Made by a program: the position numbers and the translations under genes. A stretch of DNA of 64,000 bases, from the NCBI GenBank assembly GCA_963788195.1, contig CAWBGA010000001.1:64001-128000 (forward strand), in the 5' to 3' direction. Shown here piece by piece: positions 10,504 through 20,818 of the stretch. The notes beneath the pieces were generated by a model. The model was not told where the DNA came from. It saw only the letters and a program-made list of their open reading frames with translations, and did no database searches. The stretch comes from Nitrospirota bacterium. Lineage in GTDB: Bacteria > Nitrospirota > Nitrospiria > Nitrospirales > NS-4. Within the stretch, counting starts at the first letter, position 1; the number at the start of each line of letters is the position of its first letter.

Positions 10504-11241
10504 ATGACAATCATTATCCCCAGCTATTTCAACCACATCCTGGCCGTGCTTGGTCTTTTGCTTGTCTGGAAGCTTCATGCGCTCCAGGTCCGGATGGGGC
10601 GCATCCAGGCGGTGGATTTCTGGGCTCGCGCCGGCATCCGCATGTTTATTCATATCACCCCGACCGATGCGAAGGCCTGCCCTGCATGCGTAGAGGCGAG
10701 CGGCATGGTCTTTCATCCCTCTGCTGTTGTTAAAAAAAAGTTCAAACCGTTAAGCAAGCCGTGTACGAGCCCGAGCGCTTGCCGATGTCTCCTAGTTGGC
10801 CTCTATGGCGGGTGGCCTGATGCTCAAGGTCTTCTCTCGAGACTTGCCAAGTCAAAAACGCTGCAACTCTCGGGCGAGGATTTGAAACAACTGCTGGGAG
10901 GCCCCTGGGAACGGCACCATGGGGCGTCGGGCGACCGGATCCCGGTGCATCTGCTCGAGGCGATGCAGATGGAGGCGAGCGATCCGGAGGGCGCGATCTT
11001 TCGGTATCGATTTATTCAAGAGAATGCCCGGAGGGAGCGTGACTTCCCTTTTGTCGTGCACTCCTTTATGCGTCAGAGCGATCTGTTAGAGACGGCGGGT
11101 CGTCGTCGGGAAGCCCTTGCCGTAATCGAGCAATTTCTCAAAGTCTACCAGACCAAGAAAAAGACACTGAATCTCGCGAGTGATAACAGCTACAACGCCA
11201 TGTCCAAGCGCAAAGCGTTGCTCCTCGCTGCGCTCCGGTAG
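10504..11241 (+). CDS. Hypothetical membrane-anchored Cys-rich protein, paralog 1 of 3
   Basis: N-terminal TM, CPAC...CTSPSACRC, GLYGGW, helical TPR-like tail; aligns full-length with the next two ORFs. Confidence 0.85.
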   Translation: MTIIIPSYFNHILAVLGLLLVWKLHALQVRMGRIQAVDFWARAGIRMFIHITPTDAKACPACVEASGMVFHPSAVVKKKFKPLSKPCTSPSACRCLLVGLYGGWPDAQGLLSRLAKSKTLQLSGEDLKQLLGGPWERHHGASGDRIPVHLLEAMQMEASDPEGAIFRYRFIQENARRERDFPFVVHSFMRQSDLLETAGRRREALAVIEQFLKVYQTKKKTLNLASDNSYNAMSKRKALLLAALR

Positions 11242-11261
11242 AACGCACTGGTTCGACGCTC

Positions 11262-12017
11262 ATGTCGTATCTGCACATCCCGGATTTCATCCCTTATTTT
11301 CTGGCGATTTTGGCCCTCCTGCTGCTGTGGAAATTCCATACTCTGCAAGTCCGGATAGGTCGCATTCACGCCATGGACATCTGGGATCGCTCCGGCATAC
11401 GCATGTTCATCTACGCGACACCTCGCGACAATGGGGCGTGTCCAGCCTGTCGTGCGGCCGATGGACGCGTCTTTTTGTCTTCGCTGGTCGCCGCAAAGAA
11501 GTTCAGTGCGATGTCGTCTCCCTGTACGAACCCTTCCGGGTGCCGCTGCTTTTTGGTCGGCGTCTACGGCGGATGGCCGGAAGCTCAGGCGCTGTTCGGA
11601 CTCTTAAAAGCGCAGTCGGGAATGGTCCGACTGTCTCAAGACGATCTCATTGCGCTCGTAAACGGCCGCGGCCGGCCCGGGCCGGGTGCCTCGGCCGATG
11701 AGGTCTCAGGACGATTACTGGAAGCGCTTCTTGACGAGGGCAGCGATCCTGATGCGGCCATTCTTGGATATCACTACATCATCGAGCACGCCGAGAGGGA
11801 GAGCGATGTGTTGTGTGTGATTCCGTCGTTTTTCAGGGTAAGCGATTTGCTGGAGAGGGTGGGCCGTCCTGCGGACGCACTGCCGATCGTGGAGCGGTTT
11901 TTGACAGAATATGATCGCCGCTCCGGCACGGCGGCGACCGAGTCACAGCTGGTTATGATGAAAGCCCGGCAAACACGCCTCCGGATGACGATTAAGCTCG
12001 CCGCGGCAAATCCCTAG
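11262..12017 (+). CDS. Hypothetical membrane-anchored Cys-rich protein, paralog 2 of 3
   Basis: N-terminal TM, CPAC...CTNPSGCRC, GVYGGW. Confidence 0.85.
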   Translation: MSYLHIPDFIPYFLAILALLLLWKFHTLQVRIGRIHAMDIWDRSGIRMFIYATPRDNGACPACRAADGRVFLSSLVAAKKFSAMSSPCTNPSGCRCFLVGVYGGWPEAQALFGLLKAQSGMVRLSQDDLIALVNGRGRPGPGASADEVSGRLLEALLDEGSDPDAAILGYHYIIEHAERESDVLCVIPSFFRVSDLLERVGRPADALPIVERFLTEYDRRSGTAATESQLVMMKARQTRLRMTIKLAAANP

Positions 12018-12079
12018 GCATGCCCTGTACAACACACTAAGGGACGTGCTATAAGTATAGACACCAACTGGAGACCGCA

Positions 12080-12865
12080 GTGGACATCCATATCCCTGAT
12101 CTTATTCCCTATTTCCTTTCCTTACTGGGCTTGCTACTGATCTGGCAAATGCATGAGATACAGGTGCAAGCGGGCCGGATCGATGCGATGGATTTCTGGG
12201 TCGTCTCCGGAATTCGGTTCTTTCTCTACGGGACGCCCTGTGACACCTCAGCGTGCCGCGCCTGCCGAAGCGCCCATGGCATTGGGTTCCTTCCCGCTTT
12301 TGTCGCCTCAACAAGCTTTCGAGAACAGATTCCCAAATGCGGCAATCCCATCGGCTGTCGGTGCCTGTTGGTAGGATTCTATGGCGCCTGGTCGGAGGCA
12401 GAGCAAGCGCGCAAGCAGCTCAAATGGAAGACTTCCAAGATTCAGTTGAACGACGATCAACTCCAACTCTTTGTTGAAGGGGGAAAGACCCGGCGCGCTG
12501 GCTTCAGCGCGGACAGGATTTCGCTGATCTTGCTCGAGGCGATGCAACTGGAAAAGACGGATCCGAAAGCAGCGATCAATCGTTATCGCTTTGTGGTTGA
12601 GGAAGCTCAAGAAAGAAGAGATTTGCCGTTCGTCATTTCGGCGTACCTCCGGCTCAGTGAACTGCTGGAATCCGTCGGCGATGATCAGGAGGCCTGCGAA
12701 GTCGTCAGTAACTTCCTAGAGCGGTACCACCGTCGCAAAAGAGGCCTGCGGCTTCGCCGTGGTGAGCGCTATCGCCCGACCGAAAGCCAGCTGGCCATGA
12801 TGACCACCCGCCACACGCGCCTCGAAGCCCGTATCGGGACTTCGGACGCTACAGCGACCGCTTGA
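12080..12865 (+). CDS. Hypothetical membrane-anchored Cys-rich protein, paralog 3 of 3
   Basis: N-terminal TM, CRAC...CGNPIGCRC, GFYGAW; GGAG SD before GTG. Confidence 0.85.
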   Translation: MDIHIPDLIPYFLSLLGLLLIWQMHEIQVQAGRIDAMDFWVVSGIRFFLYGTPCDTSACRACRSAHGIGFLPAFVASTSFREQIPKCGNPIGCRCLLVGFYGAWSEAEQARKQLKWKTSKIQLNDDQLQLFVEGGKTRRAGFSADRISLILLEAMQLEKTDPKAAINRYRFVVEEAQERRDLPFVISAYLRLSELLESVGDDQEACEVVSNFLERYHRRKRGLRLRRGERYRPTESQLAMMTTRHTRLEARIGTSDATATA

Positions 12866-13649
12866 GAGCAGCAGCGCCTGCCGGCGCATCCTGGGGGAGC
12901 GACAGTAGCCCCCGTGACACATCCCGTTCTGCGGCCGCATAACGCTCCGGTGTTCCTATATCGGACCAATACCCTTCCATCCGGTAGCCGGCCACGCGCT
13001 GTCTCTGCCGCAGCAGTTCAATATAGACGTCAATAATAGAGCCGGGACCTGGGGGGATGGCATCCACGACGGCGGGCTCCAGGACATGTGCGCCGGAGAA
13101 CATGTACCCTCCGGAGCCCACAGTGTCTGTGGCCGGCTGAGGGCCCGCTGTGGTGAGGTGATCTTCAATCGGTGGTTCCCCCCGAATTTGAAGGATTCGC
13201 GAATCGTCAGCCAATGTTACAGCGCCCCATTGCGACGCGAGGGGGTCTGCACGAAGTGCGAGAGTCGCAAAGGCTTGAGATGCGACGTGGGTTTTGAGGA
13301 GCATTGTAAGGTCGCAGGCCGAAAGGGTGTCACCGTTCAACACGAGACACGGGCTATTTTCAAAATAGGGCTGAGCCTGTCTGATGCCGCCTCCGGTGCC
13401 GAGTATTATCGGTTCGTGGGAGTATGCTAATCGCATCCCGTAGCGGGAACCATCACCTAACGCCTCAACAATCTGATCGCCACGGTAATGGAGATTGATG
13501 AGCGCGTCGGTAATACCATGTTGCCTGAGGAGCAGAAGATTCCAGACGACGAGAGGATACCCTCCGACCGGCAGCAGCGGTTTGGGGATTGTCTCGGTCA
13601 ACGGTCGCAGACGGATTCCATAACCGGCTGCGAGGATCATGGCTTTCAT
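12849..13649 (-). CDS. murU: Nucleotidyltransferase, MurU-like (MurNAc-1-P uridylyltransferase)
   Basis: MKAMILAAGYGIRLRPLTETIPKPLL, LGTGGG, NGD, WSDIGTP; directly downstream of the amgK-like kinase. Confidence 0.75.
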   Translation of the reverse strand: MKAMILAAGYGIRLRPLTETIPKPLLPVGGYPLVVWNLLLLRQHGITDALINLHYRGDQIVEALGDGSRYGMRLAYSHEPIILGTGGGIRQAQPYFENSPCLVLNGDTLSACDLTMLLKTHVASQAFATLALRADPLASQWGAVTLADDSRILQIRGEPPIEDHLTTAGPQPATDTVGSGGYMFSGAHVLEPAVVDAIPPGPGSIIDVYIELLRQRQRVAGYRMEGYWSDIGTPERYAAAERDVSRGLLSLPQDAPAGAAALKRSL

Positions 13650-13719
13650 AACTGACGCCGCATCAGTTTCTCGTTGCAAGAAGAGGCGCGCGGGATAGCG
13701 TTTTTCCTCTTGTAAAGCC

Positions 13720-14799
13720 TCATTGGAGTTCGGGGACGTGACGTGCCAGCGCTTTGCGTAACGGGTGCAGAGCGGGATACCGAAGCAAGTTGCGTTTGAC
13801 GTTCGCGAGAGTACGAGGGAGGTACTGAAGATACCGATCGTTGTTCTTTTCCGCGAGGATGTACACGAACCGCCCTGCGGCCTTCAAATTGCGCTGTATG
13901 CTTGTCATGTCGAACAGGCGCATAAACTGCACACGATCCAGTGGAGCGCCGAATTTTGCCCTCACCTCGAGATAGCGCACGACCAACTCCTCAATAAGCT
14001 CTTCGGGAAGAGACACGTAGGAATCCCGGAGCAGCGATGCGAGATCATAACTCGCAGGCCCCATCAGGGCATCCTGAAAGTCGATGACCCGCAACCGTCC
14101 ATCCAGTACCATAAGATTGCGACTGTGATAGTCCCGATGTGTAAAGATGCGTGGCTGGGTTGCGAGGAGTTCTGCGATTTTCTGCATCTCAGCCCGAATC
14201 GTCCGGGCCTCTGCTTCAGCCAGCGTGATCCCCGTCCGTCGCTCTATTCCATACCCGATGAAATGGTTGAATTCCCACATCAGCAACGGCACGTCAAACG
14301 CGCGACCGAAAGCAAGGCAGGCGGCATCAGCAGGAAATGACGCCTTGAGGTGCAGGCGAGCGAGCGCTTCGACTGCGTCGCGATAGAGCTCGGAAGTGTC
14401 AGGGGTCGTGCCCTCTTGCGAGGCTAAAGCCAGCGTCACATCGCCAAGATCTTCGAGGTACAACAGTCCGGCCGTTTGATCATAATAGTGCAGCTCTGGA
14501 ACGGCGACATCGGCTTTCGTGAGATGTCTCAAAATGTTCACGAACGGCAATTCGGTGACTACTGGCGCGTGCTGGCTCACTGCTTCTTCTGACTGCTTAA
14601 AGGCGTCTGGAGAGGACAGTTGCATGAGCACGAGAGAATGAGGAGGCCCACCGGACAGTTGAAGCCGGAAGTATCGGCGGTTCGAGGCATCCCCTGCGAG
14701 GGGGGCCAAGTGTGTGAGTTCGGTTCTGAATGAGAGTTTGTTACGGAGCGTGTCTGACACGCGCTCCGGGTCAGGGGTCGGGGGAATGGTGGCGGTCAT
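13720..14799 (-). CDS. amgK: APH-family phosphotransferase, AmgK-like anomeric MurNAc/GlcNAc kinase
   Basis: LAGDASNRRYFR, LEDLGD, HRDYHSRNLM, IDFQDA, YDLASLLRD, QRNLKAAGRF. Confidence 0.8.
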   Translation of the reverse strand: MTATIPPTPDPERVSDTLRNKLSFRTELTHLAPLAGDASNRRYFRLQLSGGPPHSLVLMQLSSPDAFKQSEEAVSQHAPVVTELPFVNILRHLTKADVAVPELHYYDQTAGLLYLEDLGDVTLALASQEGTTPDTSELYRDAVEALARLHLKASFPADAACLAFGRAFDVPLLMWEFNHFIGYGIERRTGITLAEAEARTIRAEMQKIAELLATQPRIFTHRDYHSRNLMVLDGRLRVIDFQDALMGPASYDLASLLRDSYVSLPEELIEELVVRYLEVRAKFGAPLDRVQFMRLFDMTSIQRNLKAAGRFVYILAEKNNDRYLQYLPRTLANVKRNLLRYPALHPLRKALARHVPELQ

Positions 14800-14809
14800 T
14801 AACCCTGGA

Positions 14810-15295
14810 TTATACCCGGTTCCTTGGCTCAGGAAAATCCTCAACCCTATTTCCCCGCGGCTCGACGTGCGCCCAGCTCCAAGCCCCCACCACTGATCCC
14901 ATCCAGTCCGCAACGAGATCCCACACACTGGAGTCGCGCAGTGGAACAAAGGCTTGGTGAAATTCATCCGTCAGGCCGTAGACCGTTGAGGCCGCGATCG
15001 CAAGGATCGCAGCGTGTGCCGCAGACCACGTATTCCCTGCGTATCGAAAGGCCCGATACGTCAGAATTGCCAGGACGCCGTACTCAACCGCGTGTAGAGC
15101 CTTATCCGCGTAGGGGATCGGCAGAGCAGGAACGTACACGTCGGGCTCTGACAAGGAAGACAGAAAGAAAATCAACGCGGCATAGAGGGCGACTGGAGTC
15201 CAGTACAACCAACGAGGAGAACGAAAGCGTTCCACTATACGTGAAGACACTCCATGACGCGCCCTAAGCATACCGTGGTTTCTGTGTTGGGACAA
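14810..15295 (-). CDS. VanZ-like membrane protein (start uncertain)
   Basis: IFFLSS, DKALHAVEYGVL, YGLTDEFHQAFVPLRDSSVWDLVAD. Confidence 0.85.
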   Translation of the reverse strand: MSQHRNHGMLRARHGVSSRIVERFRSPRWLYWTPVALYAALIFFLSSLSEPDVYVPALPIPYADKALHAVEYGVLAILTYRAFRYAGNTWSAAHAAILAIAASTVYGLTDEFHQAFVPLRDSSVWDLVADWMGSVVGAWSWAHVEPRGNRVEDFPEPRNRV

Positions 15296-15369
15296 TTACT
15301 TAATCCGCCTGCAGCCGAAAAAGTTCATCCTCGATTTCTTGACCGGTTCTGTAGACGGGTGCTAGGTTG

Positions 15370-17604
15370 ATGCCACACATGAGAACGGTCGCTGTCGCAT
15401 TCCTCTGGCATCTACATCAACCTTATTACACGGATCCTCTGACACACACCTCGCCCTTCCCATGGGTACGGCTCCATGCGACGAAAGGCTATTTTGATAT
15501 GGGCGTGCTGTTGGAAGAGCATCCGGAGATGCGGGCCACTGTCAATCTTACACCGTCGCTTCTTCTCCAGATTCAGGAACAGACTCAGGGAACCGTGCAG
15601 GACGCGTTTTTCTTGCACGCTGCCTGCCCCGCTGCGGATTTGAGTGCCGAACAGGGAGCGTTCATTCTGCGACACTTCTTTGCCGCTAATTGGGACACCA
15701 TGATCAGGCCGCACGATCGATACCACAGCCTGCTCATTCAACGGGGTCCTCAGATTCCGGCCGGAGATGTGAAGCCACTGACGACTCGGTTTTCCACGCA
15801 GGATTTTCTGGACCTGCAGGTGTGGCACAATCTGGCATGGTTTGGGCACCGAGCCGTGGCCCGCTATCCTGCCTTAAGAGAACTGATCACCAAGGGACGC
15901 CAATTCAGCGAAGCTGACAAGCATGAGGTGCTTGCTACGCAAAGGCAAGTACTGGCACAACTCATCCCATTGTTCAGGCGACTTGCCGATAGCGGCCAAG
16001 TGGAGCTGTCGACAACGCCATTCTTTCACCCGATCATCCCCCTGCTGATCAATACCGACCTCGCCCGAAGATCGCGTCCTGAAGACACCCTTCCGGCCCC
16101 TCTCCCTCAGCCGGAAGATGCTCGTGAGCAGCTTCGCATGGCCGTCGAATATCACAACTCGCTCTTCGGGCGCAGACCGGTGGGGATATGGCCATCTGAG
16201 GGCTCGGTATGTCCCGAGATGGTCCCGATGTTAAATGAGCTTGGCGTGCAATGGACCGCAACCGATGAAGGAGTCCTTGCCGCTTCCTGCGAGAGATGGG
16301 ATCGGGACGTTCAGCTCTATCGGCCTTACCTCTTCTCCAGGGAGGGACGTGAGATCGCGCTGTTCTTCCGTGATCGGGAGATCTCGGACGCCGTCGGATT
16401 TATCTACGCGCGTAATGATCCCCGTGCCGCCGCCGCAGATTTCAGCGGTCGGTTGGCCGCCATCGCTGAGCGCTCCCCAGAAGAGCGTCCATTGGTGTCG
16501 GTCATTCTGGATGGCGAAAATCCGTGGGAATATTATCCAGACGGCGGCGAAGCCTTTCTCAGGACCCTTTATACAAGCATGATTCAGGGTCGACAGGGAG
16601 CGATCGAGTTTCAAACCGTTACGCCCCAGCGTGAGCTTCTGGAGCACCCGCCCACGAGTCGCTTGGAACGGCTACATACCGGATCGTGGATCAATGCTGA
16701 GCTTCGAATTTGGATCGGTCACCCTGAGGACAACAACGCCTGGGAGTGCCTGGGTCGGACTCGCCGCTTTCTGCTTGCTGAACAACATCGAGCAGGCAGA
16801 CCAGAGGAGATGGTTCAAGCAGCCTGGAATGAGCTCTACGCGGCCGAGGGCAGCGACTGGTTTTGGTGGTATGGGGATGAGTTTGTCACCGAACATAAGA
16901 GTACCTTCGATGAGTTGTTCCGGATGCATTTGGCAAACGTCTTTCGGCTCCTGCAGAAGGATGTCCCGGAGTTTCTGAGGCAGCCGATATGGCGCCAGCA
17001 GAGCCTGGAATCGACGGTGCAACAACCCGTGTCATTGATTGCGCCGCGCATCGACGGGATCGTTACTGATTTTTATGAATGGCGGGGGGCCGGTTACATT
17101 GAAGGACAATCCCCACAGGGTGCCATGTACAAACGGCCCGCGCTTCTGCGCCGGGTGTACTTTGGCTTCGATCTGGAGCATCTTTATCTGCGGTTCGATC
17201 CGGTCGATCTTTTCTATAAGCCTCCTCCCGTGGAAAGCGAGAACCCACCGGCTGAAACTATGAACGGCATGGCCGGCCGCATGGTGCAGGTTCAGTTTTT
17301 GGAACCGAATCATATACAACTTGTGTTCGCGGTGAGTGAGACGGAGCCGGACCACTTTTCATTGTTCAAAAGCGCCGACGGTGCCAGCTTTTTTCACGCC
17401 GGGACGTACGAGACCATTCGAAGCAAGAAAATTATTGAACTGATGGTGCCGGTCAAAGACCTCGGATTCAGTCAAGGGTCCATGATGCACCTGGTGATTA
17501 AAGTCTTGGAGGGCGGGCTCGAGTCAGAACGTCTGCCCACATATGGCCCGCTCACCGTGCGCGTGCCGGACGAGACGTTCGAGGCGACGATGTGGAAGGC
17601 ATGA
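15370..17604 (+). CDS. Glycoside hydrolase family 57 (amylopullulanase-like)
   Basis: WHLHQPYY, PWVRLHA, WPSEG, ILDGENPWE, AEGSDWFWW. Confidence 0.9.
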   Translation: MPHMRTVAVAFLWHLHQPYYTDPLTHTSPFPWVRLHATKGYFDMGVLLEEHPEMRATVNLTPSLLLQIQEQTQGTVQDAFFLHAACPAADLSAEQGAFILRHFFAANWDTMIRPHDRYHSLLIQRGPQIPAGDVKPLTTRFSTQDFLDLQVWHNLAWFGHRAVARYPALRELITKGRQFSEADKHEVLATQRQVLAQLIPLFRRLADSGQVELSTTPFFHPIIPLLINTDLARRSRPEDTLPAPLPQPEDAREQLRMAVEYHNSLFGRRPVGIWPSEGSVCPEMVPMLNELGVQWTATDEGVLAASCERWDRDVQLYRPYLFSREGREIALFFRDREISDAVGFIYARNDPRAAAADFSGRLAAIAERSPEERPLVSVILDGENPWEYYPDGGEAFLRTLYTSMIQGRQGAIEFQTVTPQRELLEHPPTSRLERLHTGSWINAELRIWIGHPEDNNAWECLGRTRRFLLAEQHRAGRPEEMVQAAWNELYAAEGSDWFWWYGDEFVTEHKSTFDELFRMHLANVFRLLQKDVPEFLRQPIWRQQSLESTVQQPVSLIAPRIDGIVTDFYEWRGAGYIEGQSPQGAMYKRPALLRRVYFGFDLEHLYLRFDPVDLFYKPPPVESENPPAETMNGMAGRMVQVQFLEPNHIQLVFAVSETEPDHFSLFKSADGASFFHAGTYETIRSKKIIELMVPVKDLGFSQGSMMHLVIKVLEGGLESERLPTYGPLTVRVPDETFEATMWKA

Positions 17605-17605
17605 C

Positions 17606-19748
17606 ATGAGCGTGGTTACGCTGCTGCTCGGTATTCATAACCACCAGCCGGTGGGCAACTTCGACCAGGTCTTCCGACAGGGGTTTGATCAGTGTTATCG
17701 GCCGTTCCTCGATGTCCTGGAACGGCACCCGCACATTCGCCTTTCATTGCACTATACCGGTCCGCTGCTTGACTGGTTTGCCAAGGAGGAACCTGGCTTT
17801 CTTGAACGGCTCCGGAGCTTGATTGCAACCGGCCAGGTAGAAATGCTTGGAGGTGGCTTGTACGAGCCTATCCTGTCGGTCATCCCAGATCGTGATGCCG
17901 TCGGCCAGGTCAACGGCCTGTCACAACGATTACAAGACCTCCTGGGTGTCCGCCCTCAGGGGTTATGGCTCGCGGAGCGTGTGTGGGACGGCGGGTTACC
18001 GAAGAAACTCGCGCCGACGGGGCTTCGGTATACCATCCTGGATGATTCACATTTTTTCAATGCCGGGTTCGAACCCGACTCCCTTAGTGGATATTATTTG
18101 ACAGAGCGGGAAGGTCACCCCTTAGCCGTCTTTCCGATCAATAAAGACCTGCGGTATCTGATTCCATTCCGTGTCCCCGAAGAGCTCATCGATGTGTTGG
18201 GGAAACTTCGGGTCCGCGGCGAAGATACGGCGGTGACGTATGCCGATGACGGCGAAAAGTTCGGAATGTGGCCGGGGACACATCAATGGGTATTTGTGGA
18301 AGGCTATCTGGAGCGGCTCTTTACTGCGCTCGAGCACAACGCCGAATGGATCCGGCTCAGCACGTTTAGTGAGTACCTGCAAGACCATCCGGCCACCGGG
18401 CGCATGTACCTCCCGTCCGCTTCCTACGAAGAGATGATGGAGTGGGCCCTCCCGGCAGCGGCTGCTAAAGCTCTGCATGAGCGTCGGGCCGAACTGGAGC
18501 AAGAAGGCCGGCTTGGGGCTTTTCAAGGGTTTTTACGCGGGGGATTCTGGGATGGGTTCCTCATGAAGTATTCCGAGTCCAACCACATGCACAAACGCAT
18601 GCTGGATGTGAGCGAGCGGATCGCGACAATGCCGGCCGGCGGAACAGTTTCGGAAGCGCGGGATTTTTTGTGGCGAGCCCAGGGCAATGACGTCTACTGG
18701 CACGGCTTGTTTGGCGGACTCTATCTCAGCAACTTGCGGCATGAAACGTATCGCAACCTGATTGCCGCCGAAATCCGGATTGACACTGCGGCTCATAGCG
18801 GCGATTCGCGTGCAGGATGGGTCGATGTTCGGGTGGTGGACATGGATCGTGACGGTCATCCTGAAGTGCTCGTTGCCACCGAGGCGTTGGGACTCTGTGT
18901 GGCGCCGGCCTGTGGAGGAAGCCTGCTTGAACTGGACTATCGGCCGGTCCAATTCAATCTCCTGAATGTCATTGCGCGCCGACCGGAGGCGTATCACGGC
19001 AAGCTTGCCGAGGCTTCACATGAGGCCGATCCCGGAGGCGGTCCACCCAAGTCGATTCACGAACTTGTCAAGGTCAAAGAGCGCGGCTTGGATCAACGAC
19101 TGATTTATGACCGGCACCGCCGCAGTAGTTTCGTGGATCGATTTTTGGACCCCGGGACGCCTTCGGAAGCCTTGGACCGCATTGACGACGTAGAACTGGG
19201 TGATTTCGTGGGAGCACGGTACTCACTGGGAGAACACCGTGTCACTAAGAGCATACTTGCGTTGCCACTGAAGTTCGCCGGCACGGTCCGACACGATGGG
19301 CAGGTGATCCCCATTTCGATTGAAAAGACCTACCGGCTGTCTGGACGTGAGGAGAGCCTGACGGTTGTGTATAAGCTGGAAAGTCAGGGAGCTGAACCCT
19401 GCACTTTGCGTTTCGGCATGGAGCTGAACATGACGCTGCTCGCCGGCAACGATCCCCAACGTTATTATGAATGGCCGGGCAGCGGCCATATCCGGCTGCA
19501 AGAGCGCGGGGAGGTGCCACAGGCGGACTGGTTCGCGATGGTAGATGAGTGGCAGCGTTTCCGGGTGGTGATCAGGCTTGCCCGCGCGGGGCGATATCTG
19601 GTTTACGCCCATTGAGACGGTTTCCCAATCAGAAGAGGGCTTCGAGCGGACCTATCAGGGTTCCTGCATTTTGGCGTCAGCGGCAGTCCACCTCAAGCCT
19701 GGCGTTGCCGTCAAACTCGAGGCACATCTTGAGATCAGTGACCTGTAA
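17606..19748 (+). CDS. GH57 alpha-amylase/4-alpha-glucanotransferase (frameshift near 19588)
   Basis: HNHQPVGN, WLAERVW, DDGEKFG, NDVYWHG; the +1 frame supplies the conserved tail PIETVSQSEEGFERTYQGS. Confidence 0.9.
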
Positions 19749-19816
19749 CCATCGTCTGCACAGAGTGGAGGGAGATTTTCCCTTCACCCGGAATGATAGG
19801 CTGGCATCGGAGGTTT

Positions 19817-20818
19817 GTGCCTGAATTCAGACGTGATCCAGTAATCGGTCGGTGGGTGATTCTCTCGGCTGATCGGATTCAGCGACCGAGCGATTTTCAA
19901 AATTATTATTCATTGCAGCCCGCCCTGCCGCTCTGCCCGTTTTGTCCGGGCAATGAAGCTCAGACGCCTCCCGAAATTCTGGCCTACCGGACCCCGGGAA
20001 CCTTACCCGACAGTCCAGGGTGGGAGATTCGAGTTGTCCCGAATAAATTCCCAGCCCTACAGATTGAGGGCGATCTTGACCGTGCAGGTGATGGTCTCTA
20101 TGACCGCATGAACGGCGTCGGAGCCCACGAAGTCATTATTGAGACGCCGGACCACAAAGCAACCATCGAAAGCTTGCCACACAAGCACCTTGAAGATGTA
20201 TTGTGGGTGTACCGCGACCGTATTCTCGATTTAAGGAAGGACCTGCGCCTGAGATCCGTGCTGGTCTTTAAAAATCACGGACCTGCTGCGGGGGCGACCC
20301 TTGAGCATCCGCATTCGCAACTGATTGCGTTGCCGATCGTTCCAATAAATGTGCAGGCAGAAGTCGAGGGATCCCGCCAGCATTACCGGAATAAGGAACG
20401 TTGTGTGTATTGCGACATCATCCGGCAGGAGAGCCGGGAGCGTACCCGCATCGTTGCGGAAAATGAGCACTTTCTCTGTGTCGTGCCTTTCGCGGCGCGC
20501 TTTCCTTTTGAGCTGTTGATCCTTCCCAAGCGACATCGCTCTTCCTACGAGGATATCGAAAGGTTCGAGGTCGAAGGGCTCGCCAGGGTTCTTGCCGATA
20601 CGCTCCGAAGGGTCGATCGGGTTCTCGGGGTGCCGCCGTTCAACTTTCTCCTGCACACATCGCCCTTGCGCGAACCGACGGAGGACTTCTATCATTGGCA
20701 TATCGAGATCATTCCCAAGCTAACCCAGGTTGCCGGCTTTGAATGGGGGGCAGGTTTCTATATCAATCCCGTCTTTCCGGAAGAAGCGGCCGTTTTCTTG
20801 CGCGAGGTAGAAATCTGA
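19817..20818 (+). CDS. galT: GalT-like hexose-1-phosphate uridylyltransferase
   Basis: CPFCPGNE..TPPE, VPNKFPAL, GAHEVIIE, GATLEHPHSQ, YHWHIEI. Confidence 0.88.
   Translation: MPEFRRDPVIGRWVILSADRIQRPSDFQNYYSLQPALPLCPFCPGNEAQTPPEILAYRTPGTLPDSPGWEIRVVPNKFPALQIEGDLDRAGDGLYDRMNGVGAHEVIIETPDHKATIESLPHKHLEDVLWVYRDRILDLRKDLRLRSVLVFKNHGPAAGATLEHPHSQLIALPIVPINVQAEVEGSRQHYRNKERCVYCDIIRQESRERTRIVAENEHFLCVVPFAARFPFELLILPKRHRSSYEDIERFEVEGLARVLADTLRRVDRVLGVPPFNFLLHTSPLREPTEDFYHWHIEIIPKLTQVAGFEWGAGFYINPVFPEEAAVFLREVEI

Noticed and set aside
10504..12865. Prophage remnant based on the MuF-like Cys motif
   Set aside because: No portal, terminase, capsid or integrase genes nearby; the proteins carry TM anchors and sit among host genes.
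12849..20818. amgK-murU and GH57-GH57-galT clusters as novel systems
   Set aside because: They match established peptidoglycan-recycling and alpha-glucan metabolism gene sets.
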